A stretch of 49,418 nucleotides of DNA from Lysobacterales bacterium. Its GTDB lineage: Bacteria > Pseudomonadota > Gammaproteobacteria > Steroidobacterales > Steroidobacteraceae. This document shows, in pieces, positions 37,764 to 46,327 of this stretch (position 1 is its first letter; each line of letters starts with the position of its first letter). The notes beneath the pieces were generated by a model. It saw only the letters and a list, made by a program, of their open reading frames with translations. It searched no databases and was not told the DNA's origin. The position numbers and the translations under genes were made by a program. The stretch lies in the NCBI GenBank assembly GCA_003819815.1, contig RPQJ01000018.1:1-49418 (forward strand), written 5' to 3'.

Positions 37764-38240
37764 ATGAAAGTCCACGTGAAGCACACGCTCAAGACCGACG
37801 TCGCGTCGGCGCTCAAGCTCTGCACCGATCAGAAGCACCAGGAAACGATCTACGACCGGCTCGGCGGCAGCGACGTCAGCATCAAGCGCGACGGCCGCTC
37901 GCCCAACGTCAGGCTGCGGATCTCCCGCAAGGAGCCCGCGAGCCCTCCCGCGGCGATCCGCAAGTTCGTGCCAAGCACGAACGAGGTCTCGCACACCGAG
38001 GACTGGGGCGCGGACGGCGACGGTTACAGCGCCGACCTCGACATCGACATCAAGGGCGTGCCCGTGAAGATCCGTGGCACGAAGGCGCTGCAGCCGGCGA
38101 AGGGCGGCTGCACGGTCGAGTGGAACTTCGACGTGTCGAGCGGGGTTCCGCTGCTCGGCGGGATGCTGGCGTCGTTCGCGGGCGGCGAGATCGAGAAGAA
38201 GCTCGATGCGGAGGCGAAGATCCTGAAATCGCTCGCCTAG
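37764..38240 (+). CDS. DUF2505 / SRPBCC-superfamily (lipid- or polyketide-binding fold) protein
   Basis: 158 aa. GGGGAGG RBS. The pattern of alternating beta strands plus a C-terminal helix resembles DUF2505 (from memory). Confidence 0.62.
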   Translation: MKVHVKHTLKTDVASALKLCTDQKHQETIYDRLGGSDVSIKRDGRSPNVRLRISRKEPASPPAAIRKFVPSTNEVSHTEDWGADGDGYSADLDIDIKGVPVKIRGTKALQPAKGGCTVEWNFDVSSGVPLLGGMLASFAGGEIEKKLDAEAKILKSLA

Positions 38241-38308
38241 ACGATTGCTGCAGCGCAGCTAGCCAAATCCGAAACGACGCCCGCGCACGGTCGGCGTACG
38301 ATCGATCC

Positions 38309-39721
38309 ATGCCGAGGCTTTCGCTCGTCGACCAGGCGTTCTTCCTGCTGGAAACCGAGCAGCGGCCGATGAACATCGGCGTGCTGGTCCTGCTGAAGCC
38401 GCCGGCCGGCGCGGGCCCGCGCTGGGCTGACGGCCTGCTGCGCACGATGCGCAAGCGCCCGGTCGGACCACCGTTCAGCCACCGGGTCGTGCCGGGCCCG
38501 CTGCCCGGGGTGCTCAAGCTCGTCGAGGACGCGACCATCGACCCGGGCTCGCGCCTGCACCGTCACACGGTTTCCCGCGACACGGACCTGCAGGGCCTCC
38601 TGGACCGGCTCTGCAAGCTGCACGTCGTGCGGATGCCGCGAGACGAGCCGCTCTGGGAGCAGCACGTCTACACCGGCCTCGACGGGGGTCGCGTCGCGCT
38701 CTACTTCAAGACGCACCACGGGCTCATCGACGGCATCGGCTTCATCAACGCGCTCAACACGATGCTCACGACCTCGCCCTCGCAGCGCCTGCCGCGCGCA
38801 ATCTGGGAAGGCCTCCGGCACGTCGAACCCGCGCAACGGGGCCCGGCCGCGAACGGCCTCGGGGGCTGGCTCGCGGCTGCGGGCGAGGCGCGCACGATCG
38901 CCGCGGACCTCGTGAAGCTGGCGTGGCACCAGGGCCTGCGGGACCTGGGGCTCGGCCGGGGCCTCGCGACCCCGTTCGTCTCGACGCCCGACATCCTGAA
39001 GGCGGCCCCGAGCCCGCACCGCGTGATGGCGCACTGCGTGCTGCCGCTCGCACGGGTACGGACGCTCGCCCGACGCGGCGACGCCAAGATCAACGACGTC
39101 GTGCTGACGGTGCTCGACATGGCGCTGCAGCACTACCTCGAGGAGCACGACACGCCGCCCGACCGGCCACTGGTGGCAGACGTTCCCGTGGCGCTCGGCG
39201 ACGACGGCGGCGCCGGCAACCGCATCACGATCCTGCAGGTGCCGCTCGGGCGGCCGGGCGCGACGCCCGCGCAGCGGCTGGCACAGATCGTCCACGAGAC
39301 ACGGCAGGTCAAGCAGGAGGTGCGGACGCTCGCCCCGGGCGCGCTGGCGCTGTACTCGATCGTCGAGCACTCGATCGCGGGCACGATCGAATCGCTGGGC
39401 CTGAGCCGCCTGCCGATGCTCGCGAACACCGTCGTCTCGAACCCGGCCGGGCTCGAGCAGCGCGTCTACTTCAACGGGGCCGAGGTCGAGCTCGCGCTCC
39501 CGTTCGCGCCGGTCGCGCATCACCAGGTCCTGAACATCACCGTCACGACGTACGTCGACCAGCTGCACGTGACGTTCATCGCGCTGCGCGACGCGATCCC
39601 GGACCTGCCGCGGCTCGCGGAGTACGCGGTCTCGGCCCTGCCGCGTCTCGAGAAAGATCTCGGGGTCCGTCCGAAGGTCGCGAAGGCGAAGCGTACGCTG
39701 CGCCGCGGCGCTGCCCGCTGA
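38309..39721 (+). CDS. wax ester synthase / acyl-CoA:diacylglycerol acyltransferase (WS/DGAT) family
   Basis: N-terminus MPRLSLVDQAFFLLETEQRPMNIG. Catalytic HHGLIDG (HHxxxDG). ND..L motif KINDVVLTVL. About 470 aa. Confidence 0.88.
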   Translation: MPRLSLVDQAFFLLETEQRPMNIGVLVLLKPPAGAGPRWADGLLRTMRKRPVGPPFSHRVVPGPLPGVLKLVEDATIDPGSRLHRHTVSRDTDLQGLLDRLCKLHVVRMPRDEPLWEQHVYTGLDGGRVALYFKTHHGLIDGIGFINALNTMLTTSPSQRLPRAIWEGLRHVEPAQRGPAANGLGGWLAAAGEARTIAADLVKLAWHQGLRDLGLGRGLATPFVSTPDILKAAPSPHRVMAHCVLPLARVRTLARRGDAKINDVVLTVLDMALQHYLEEHDTPPDRPLVADVPVALGDDGGAGNRITILQVPLGRPGATPAQRLAQIVHETRQVKQEVRTLAPGALALYSIVEHSIAGTIESLGLSRLPMLANTVVSNPAGLEQRVYFNGAEVELALPFAPVAHHQVLNITVTTYVDQLHVTFIALRDAIPDLPRLAEYAVSALPRLEKDLGVRPKVAKAKRTLRRGAAR

Positions 39722-39762
39722 CCTTCGGACCGGACCCGGCGGTCGGCCCCCCCTTGGCTTCG

Positions 39763-40941
39763 ATGCGACGCGCCCTCCACGAGGCTTCGGTCGTCGGCCA
39801 CCTGGCCGCCCGGCGCCTGCGCGAGCGCCTGGGCGCAGGCCGGGCGGCCACTCCGGATGTCGCAGCGTGGCGCGCGCAACTGGAGCCGTGGGCGAGCTCC
39901 GTCGCGACCGCCGCAGGCGGCACGTCCTGCTTCCTGGACCTGCCGGCCAGTCGCCCCCCGTGGACCGACACCGGCATCGACCTCGAGCCGGGCCAGTCCG
40001 TCTCGGCATTCGCGATCGGCCGGGTCTACCTGTCCCGGCTGCTCGACGTCTGGGTGGGCCCGTCGTTCCAGCTCTGGTTCCGCGTGGGCGAGCGAGGGCC
40101 GGTCTTCCGAGGCACCCGCGACTCCCACACGTTCGAGGCGGCGCGGGGCGGGCGGCTCTGGATCGCGAGCTACTTCCCGGGCGAGTGGGCCGACCCGGAT
40201 GGCAGGCTCGGGACGGACCCGCGCGAGTACGCCCGTGCGGAGGGCGGGCTTTCGGTGCTGATGGTGCGCTGGCCGCGCGGCCGGGACGTCGCCGGGCTGT
40301 ACGCGGCCTGGGCCCGGGACCCGCGCGCGCCCGGCCCGGTGCGCGCGGAAGCGGAGCGGCTCGCGGGCGCGGTGGCACCGCCCGCGTCCTGGGAATACCT
40401 CTGGCTCCTGGGACAGGGCGAGATCTATCGGCCCACGGTCACGCCGCAAGGGCGGCCGGCCATCGCCTGCCACACGCACGGCGACGTCGGCATCCTTCGG
40501 CACGAGGCCCGGATGCCGGTCGCGCAGGACCTCACGCTCGACTGGGCGTGGCGCGTGGACGAGTTGCCCGCCGACCTGCCGGAGGACACGCTGCCGTCGC
40601 ACGATTACCTCAGCATCGCGGTCGAATTCGACGACGGCCAGGACATCACGTATTACTGGAGCGCCGCGCTGCCCGAGGGCACCGTCTACCGCTGCCCGCT
40701 GCCGACCTGGCGCGACCGCGAGACCCACGTCGTCGTCCGGTCCGGTCCGGCCGGGCTCGGCCGCTGGCACGACGAGCGGCGAAATCTGGCGGACGACTAC
40801 GTGCGAATCATCGGGGGCCAGGCGCGGCAGGTGGTGAGGATCTGGCTGATCGCGAACAGCCTGTTCCAGCGTGGCCACGGCCGATGCGAGTATGCGAGCA
40901 TCCGGCTCACAACGAACGAACGGACCCTCGTGGTCCTCTGA
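39763..40941 (+). CDS. two-domain protein: unknown N-terminal beta-rich domain + C-terminal DUF3047
   Basis: C-terminal DYLSIAVEFDDGQDITYYWSAALPEG....VRIWLIANSLFQRGHGRCEY resembles DUF3047 (from memory). The N-terminal 190 aa could not be assigned. Confidence 0.68.
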   Translation: MRRALHEASVVGHLAARRLRERLGAGRAATPDVAAWRAQLEPWASSVATAAGGTSCFLDLPASRPPWTDTGIDLEPGQSVSAFAIGRVYLSRLLDVWVGPSFQLWFRVGERGPVFRGTRDSHTFEAARGGRLWIASYFPGEWADPDGRLGTDPREYARAEGGLSVLMVRWPRGRDVAGLYAAWARDPRAPGPVRAEAERLAGAVAPPASWEYLWLLGQGEIYRPTVTPQGRPAIACHTHGDVGILRHEARMPVAQDLTLDWAWRVDELPADLPEDTLPSHDYLSIAVEFDDGQDITYYWSAALPEGTVYRCPLPTWRDRETHVVVRSGPAGLGRWHDERRNLADDYVRIIGGQARQVVRIWLIANSLFQRGHGRCEYASIRLTTNERTLVVL

Positions 40942-40963
40942 CTAAACAAGGCGGGAGAAAGAC

Positions 40964-42601
40964 ATGCACGGACTCATGATGGAGCGGCCCCTCCTGATCT
41001 CGGACATCGTCCGGTTCACGGAGCGCACCAACCCGGACGTCGAAATCGTCTCGGTGACGATCGAATCCCCGCGGCACCGCTGCACGTGGCGCGACGTGTT
41101 CCGGCGCGCACGCCAGCTCGCGAACGCGCTCACCGCTGCCGGCGTGAAGCCGGGCGACCGCATCGCCTCGATCGCATGGAACGACTACCGCCACGTCGAG
41201 CTCTACTATGCGGTCTCGTGCATGGGCGCGGTCATGCACACGATCAACCCGCGACTCTTTCCCGAGCAGCTCGAGTACATCATCAACCACGCGGCGGACC
41301 GTTTCCTGTTCGTCGACCCGACGCTGCTGCCGCTCCTGAAGCCGCTGCAGGGCAAGACGCCCACCGTCGAGCGCGTGATCGTGATGTCGAGCGACGCGGT
41401 GGTGCCCGAGCAGCTCCGGGGCGTGCTCACTTCGTACGAGTCCTTCATCGGGGGGCAGTCGGACCGCTACGAGTGGCCCACGTTCGACGAGCGCACCGCG
41501 AGCTCGCTCTGCTACACGTCGGGAACGACGGGGCACCCGAAGGGCGTGCTCTACAGCCATCGCTCGAACGTGCTGCACGCCTACGCGGGCTGCATGGGCG
41601 ATTCGGTCGGCGTGAGCGCGAAGGACGTGATCCTCGCGGTCGTGCCCATGTTCCACGCGAACGCCTGGGGCCTCCCCTACAACGCCGCGATGACGGGCAC
41701 CAAGCTCGTGCTGCCGGGCCCCAAGATGGGCGACGGCGAGACGCTCGTCGACCTGATGAACTCCGAGAAGGTCACGATGGCCGCCGGCGTGCCGACGGTC
41801 TGGACCCTGCTGCTCAACTACCTCGCGCAGTCGGGCAAGAGGGTGCCGACCCTGCGCAAGACCCTGATCGGCGGCTCGGCCGTGCCGCTCAGCATGATCC
41901 GCACGTTCGCCGAGGAGCACGGCGTCGAGGTGAACCAGGGCTGGGGCATGACCGAGACGAGCCCGATCGGCACGATCGGCTCGCTGAGCCCGGCCATGCA
42001 GGAACTGCCCGCCGAGGAACGCTACCGGATGGCCGCGAAACAGGGCCACGGCGTGTTCGGCATCGAGATGAAGATCGTCGACGAGGTCGGCAACGAGCTG
42101 CCGTGGGACGGCAAGTCCGCAGGCGAGCTCAAGGTGCGCGGCAACTGGGTGTGCAGCGGCTACTACGGCCTCGATCACTCGCCGGCTCACGACGCCGACG
42201 GCTGGTTCGCGACGGGCGACGTCGCCGTGATCGGTCCCGACGGCTTCCTGCAGATCACCGACCGCGCCAAGGACGTGATCAAGTCCGGCGGCGAGTGGAT
42301 CAGCTCGGTCGACCTCGAGAACTGCGCCTGCGGCCACCCCGACGTGATGATTGCGGCCGCGATCGGCGTGAAGCACCCGAAGTGGGAGGAGCGCCCGATC
42401 CTGCTGGTCGTGCCGAGGCCCGGCCGCACGCCCGAGCGCGACTCCGTGCTGGCGCACATCGGGGCACACTTCGCGAAGTGGCAGCTGCCGGACGAGGTGA
42501 TCGTCGTCGAGGCGCTGCCGATGACCGCGACCGGCAAGATCAGCAAGAAGGACCTGCGCGACAAGTACCGCGACGTCCTTATGCAGCGCGGGGCGGGCTG
42601 A
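40964..42601 (+). CDS. long-chain fatty acid--CoA ligase (AMP-dependent synthetase/ligase)
   Basis: AMP-binding motif LCYTSGTTGHPKGVLYSHRS; also GWGMTETSP, TGD.A..DPDG...I.DR.KD.IKSGGEWISS, and a terminal GKISKK.LR. Confidence 0.9.
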   Translation: MHGLMMERPLLISDIVRFTERTNPDVEIVSVTIESPRHRCTWRDVFRRARQLANALTAAGVKPGDRIASIAWNDYRHVELYYAVSCMGAVMHTINPRLFPEQLEYIINHAADRFLFVDPTLLPLLKPLQGKTPTVERVIVMSSDAVVPEQLRGVLTSYESFIGGQSDRYEWPTFDERTASSLCYTSGTTGHPKGVLYSHRSNVLHAYAGCMGDSVGVSAKDVILAVVPMFHANAWGLPYNAAMTGTKLVLPGPKMGDGETLVDLMNSEKVTMAAGVPTVWTLLLNYLAQSGKRVPTLRKTLIGGSAVPLSMIRTFAEEHGVEVNQGWGMTETSPIGTIGSLSPAMQELPAEERYRMAAKQGHGVFGIEMKIVDEVGNELPWDGKSAGELKVRGNWVCSGYYGLDHSPAHDADGWFATGDVAVIGPDGFLQITDRAKDVIKSGGEWISSVDLENCACGHPDVMIAAAIGVKHPKWEERPILLVVPRPGRTPERDSVLAHIGAHFAKWQLPDEVIVVEALPMTATGKISKKDLRDKYRDVLMQRGAG

Positions 42602-42772
42602 CACCCCGGCGGACAGCGAATCGGGCGGGAGTACCTACGCTCCCGCTCGAAGTCGAGGCCGCCCCTCTTCTAGATAAGCACGTCCTCGAAGTCGTCACGC
42701 GCGACCTTGAAGCGCTTCTTGTCGAGCACGACGCCGTCGTTTCGTCCTGCCGGGAACGACGCTCGCGTCGAG

Positions 42773-44812
42773 TCAATGCCCTGCGGACGCGGCAGGCGCG
42801 GTGCGTGGCTCGATAATGTTGAAACGGGTCGGGAACGGCTCGAGCAGCCCGAGCAACTCGCTGAGCGCCGTCGGCCGCGGGCCGGTCACGCGGATCTCGC
42901 CGCGGTCTATGGCATCCTGGAGCGCGAGCTGCTGCAGGGCGATGCGATCGAGCGTGGTGCGGGACATGGTCACCGTGGCGTCGGCCTCCGGACGCACGGC
43001 GCCTTCGAGTGCCGAGAGCGCACCATTCTCGAGATCCACCCGAAACGCCTCCCCGGTGTCCGTCAGCTGCCAGTTCAGCGCGATGCGCCGGCCTTCGGCG
43101 CGGTCCGCGGCGACACGAATCGCCAAATAGTCGAAGTAGTCCTGCGGCGGCAGCGCGCGCACCAGGTCCGCGCTGGCCGTGGTTACCCCGTCGGCCACGG
43201 TGACGCCCTCCCGCAGTTCGAGGGCGCCCTGCAGGTAGGCGGACCGCACCGTGCCGGACTGGGCCTGGTATCCGAGCTGCTCGAACGCGTCGGCCGTGAG
43301 CTCGCGCGCCGCGCGATTGGCCGGATCGGCGAACACCAGCTGCGAAGCGATCTGCGCCACCCAGCGGTACTCACCCCGCTCGTAATCTGCGCGGGCCCGG
43401 CGAAGCACTGCGTCCGCGCCACCCATGTATTCGATGGTCTTGCGTGCCGCAGGACCGGGCGGCAGCGGATCGAGGTTGGCGGGGTTGCCGTCGTACCAGC
43501 CCAGGTAGCGCTGATACACCGCCTTCACATTGTGCTTCACGCTGCCGTAGAAGGGCTGTACTCCCCAGCTCTCCGCCAGCGAGCGCGGCAGCCGGATCGC
43601 CTCGGCGATCTCCGCCGCGGTGTAGCCGTGATTCATGAGCCGCAGCGTCTGGTCGTGCACGAACTTGTACAGGTCGCGCTGCAGGGTGAGGTGGCTGCGC
43701 ACCTGCTCGCTGCCCCACACCGGCCAGTTGTGCTGCGCCACCATGACGTCGCTGCGGTTGGCGTAGCGGTACAGCGCGTCGTTGAGATAGGCCGACCACA
43801 GGCGTGCGTCGCGGACGCGCGCGCCCCTCAGCGGCAGCAGGTTGTGGAACGTCTGGCAGGCGAGCTCCGCGATGTTCAGTACCCGCCACTGCGGGAAGTA
43901 CATGATCATCTCGGCCGGCGCCTCGGACTCCGGCGTCAGCGTGAACTCAACCTCGACGCCGTCGATCACCTGCGTCTCGCGGGCGTCGCGGACCAGTCGG
44001 GTCGGCGGGATCAGCGTGACGTGCCCGGCACCGACGGCCTTGCCCAGCCCCACGTCGACCTGCCCGCGCTCGCCGCGCGGCAGCTTGATCCCGAACTGGT
44101 ACTCGGCGCGACGCGACATGACGTTGCCGGCCATGAGGTTCTCGCCGACCGCCTCCGCCATGAATCCCTGAGGCGCCCAGATCGTCACCTTGCCGGCGCG
44201 CACGTCGGCCTCGTCGACCACGCCGCGCACGCCGCCGAAGTGGTCGGCGTGACTGTGGCTGTAGATCACCGCCACGACGGGTCGTCGCGGCCGGTGCTCG
44301 AAGTAAAGCTCGAGGCTCGCGCGGGCGGACTCCGGGAAGGTCATCGGGTCGATCAGGATGAGCCCGGTGTCGCCCTCGACGACGGTCAGGTTGTCCACGT
44401 CGTAGCCGCGCACCTGGTAGATGCGGTCGGTGACCCGGAACAGCCCGTGCAGGTTGTTGATGCGCGCCTGTTGCCAGAGCGCCTGATGCACGGTGTCGGG
44501 CGTGACTGTCGCCGTGTCGATGAATCGGTAGGCGTTCATGTCCCAGATCACGTGGCCGTCGGCGCGGCGGATCACCGGGTCCTTCAACGCGGCGATGAAC
44601 CCCCGGCGCGCATCCTCGAGCGCCTGCGGCGCCTGCGCCAGGAGCGCGGGTGACACCGCCTGCTGGGACTGGCGCGTCAGTTCGGTGGCCTTGCTGGCGG
44701 CGGCCGCCGACGTCGCGCCGGCGGCCAGCAGCAGGGCGAGACCGCGCGCCCAGCGCAGGTGCCGGCGCGGGCGATTCATGCGATGGATCGCGGCCGAGGG
44801 TGTACGGGGCAC
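42773..44812 (-). CDS. SdsA1/Bds1-type alkyl/aryl-sulfatase (metallo-beta-lactamase fold + SCP2-like C-terminal domain)
   Basis: HSHADHFGG (HxHxDH). About 660-680 aa. Signal peptide MNRPRRHLRWARGLALLLAAGATSAAAA, which suggests the real start may be the ATG at 44779; 44812 is a GTG. Confidence 0.9.
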   Translation of the reverse strand: MPRTPSAAIHRMNRPRRHLRWARGLALLLAAGATSAAAASKATELTRQSQQAVSPALLAQAPQALEDARRGFIAALKDPVIRRADGHVIWDMNAYRFIDTATVTPDTVHQALWQQARINNLHGLFRVTDRIYQVRGYDVDNLTVVEGDTGLILIDPMTFPESARASLELYFEHRPRRPVVAVIYSHSHADHFGGVRGVVDEADVRAGKVTIWAPQGFMAEAVGENLMAGNVMSRRAEYQFGIKLPRGERGQVDVGLGKAVGAGHVTLIPPTRLVRDARETQVIDGVEVEFTLTPESEAPAEMIMYFPQWRVLNIAELACQTFHNLLPLRGARVRDARLWSAYLNDALYRYANRSDVMVAQHNWPVWGSEQVRSHLTLQRDLYKFVHDQTLRLMNHGYTAAEIAEAIRLPRSLAESWGVQPFYGSVKHNVKAVYQRYLGWYDGNPANLDPLPPGPAARKTIEYMGGADAVLRRARADYERGEYRWVAQIASQLVFADPANRAARELTADAFEQLGYQAQSGTVRSAYLQGALELREGVTVADGVTTASADLVRALPPQDYFDYLAIRVAADRAEGRRIALNWQLTDTGEAFRVDLENGALSALEGAVRPEADATVTMSRTTLDRIALQQLALQDAIDRGEIRVTGPRPTALSELLGLLEPFPTRFNIIEPRTAPAASAGH

Positions 44813-44834
44813 GTGGTCCGGCTCGCCGGGACCC

Positions 44835-45158
44835 TCAGTAGATCCATTGCAGGCGCGTCAGCAACGTCTGGGTGTTGCCGACCAGCCCCAGCCGGTCGAG
44901 GTCGATGTTCCCGCGGGTCACGCTGGCCTCGAACCGGTTCGTCGCCCACCATCCGGTCGACGTGCGGTTCCTCCGGCGGCGACGCGGGCTCCGCCGCACG
45001 CTGCGGCCGGAAAGACCGGCGCGCCGTGACGAACGCTCTGCGGGGGGACGGGGGGTTCGCATCGTGGCGTCGCTGAGGCCGAGGCTCGGCGGCCTCTTCC
45101 TCGGCGGGAATTCCTCGAACATCGTCGGCCCGTCCTTCAAGTACGACCAGGCCGCCAC
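44835..45158 (-). other. coding-like segment of uncertain strand and frame (small ORF or gene remnant upstream of the alkylsulfatase)
   Basis: Third-position GC bias is shared by a minus-strand frame (ending ...WWATNRFEASVTRGNIDLDRLGLVGNTQTLLTRLQWIY*) and a plus-strand frame (44872-45354). The central part is Arg-rich and low-complexity. No convincing start codon. Confidence 0.2.
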
Positions 45159-45375
45159 CAGCGTGGGGACCCAGGCCTCGTACGAAGTACCGTGGCCGCC
45201 GCACTTCCGGCCATGTCGCGAGCCGCCCGCAGCATACGAGAGCCCGTGTCCTCATCTGACTCTCCCATGTGAGTTGGCGTTGCAGAGCGGGGCTTGCGAG
45301 GCCGCTGGCAAAAGATCGGAGAAGGACCACGAGCCGTCCAATGCGTTCTGCTGAGTGCTCTGATAACTTGGCGGC

Positions 45376-46308
45376 ATGAAGCTCGACTTGAGGCAGCTGC
45401 GTCACGTCCTCGCCGTCGATCGTTACCGGAACTTCGCCCGCGCAGCGGACGCCGTCGGCATCACGCAGCCCGCCCTTTCCCGCAGCTTGCAGGCGCTCGA
45501 GGAGGCTGTCGGCGGGCGCCTGTTCGACCGCGACCGCGTGCGGGTCGAGCCCACGGCGCTCGGGCTGCGCCTGATCGAGCTCGCGCGTCCACTGGTCGTG
45601 ATGGCGCGGGACGCCGAGCGCGAGCTTCGGCAGATGGTGGCGCTCGACGGCGGGCTGCTGCGCATCGGCGCGGGCCCGTACGCCGCCGAGCTATCCGTGG
45701 GCTCGGCCGTGGGACGGTTCTCCCGCATGCACCCGGGTGTGCACGTCGACCTTGCGGTCGCGGACTGGCCGGAGCTGTACCAGCGGCTCCTCGCCGAGGA
45801 GTTCGAACTGATCGTTGCCGAGAGCAGCAATGCGACCGAGGACGATCGCTTCCTCGTCGAGCAGCTGCCCGTGCACGCGGGGTTCCTCTACGGGCGCGCC
45901 GGGCATCCGCTCGCCGGGCGCGCGGACCTCACGATCGCCGACCTCTCGCCGTATCCGGTTGCGACCACCGTGATGCCGCGGCGCGTGCTCGATCTGATCG
46001 ACAGGGTCGACACGCTGATCCGCCCTGACCAGCCCGATGGGGCAGGAACGCTGGAACTGCGGGTCGAAATGCCTCATGTCGCCCGCCTGATCGTGATGGA
46101 GAGCGACGTCGTCGGGATCGCGGTCGGTCACCAGCTCGATGACGACCTCGCGGCCGGGCGCTTGGTCAAGCTGCAGCTGCATTTGCCGTGGCTTGGTACC
46201 AGCTACGGCATCGTGCGCCTCGCGCACCGTACGCCTTCGCCCGCCGCAAGCGCATTCCTGGCCATCCTGCGAGAGGTGGAAGCCGATATCGCAACCAGGA
46301 CCAGCTGA
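45376..46308 (+). CDS. LysR-family transcriptional regulator
   Basis: N-terminal wHTH LRQLRHVLAVDRYRNFARAADAVGITQPALSRSLQALEE. About 310 aa. Confidence 0.92.
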   Translation: MKLDLRQLRHVLAVDRYRNFARAADAVGITQPALSRSLQALEEAVGGRLFDRDRVRVEPTALGLRLIELARPLVVMARDAERELRQMVALDGGLLRIGAGPYAAELSVGSAVGRFSRMHPGVHVDLAVADWPELYQRLLAEEFELIVAESSNATEDDRFLVEQLPVHAGFLYGRAGHPLAGRADLTIADLSPYPVATTVMPRRVLDLIDRVDTLIRPDQPDGAGTLELRVEMPHVARLIVMESDVVGIAVGHQLDDDLAAGRLVKLQLHLPWLGTSYGIVRLAHRTPSPAASAFLAILREVEADIATRTS

Positions 46309-46327
46309 GTACCGGGCGCCGGGGCCC

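Noticed and set aside
38237-40378. 713-aa minus-strand ORF opposite the WS/DGAT and DUF3047 genes
   Set aside because: Extreme Arg/Pro/Gly bias and no motifs. The opposite strand has the HHxxxDG catalytic motif.
42623-42646. 7-bp stem hairpin (gcgggag-N8-ctcccgc) after the acyl-CoA ligase, considered as a terminator
   Set aside because: The stem is short, with no T-run on either strand. It is too weak to call as a feature, though it may contribute to termination in the convergent gap.
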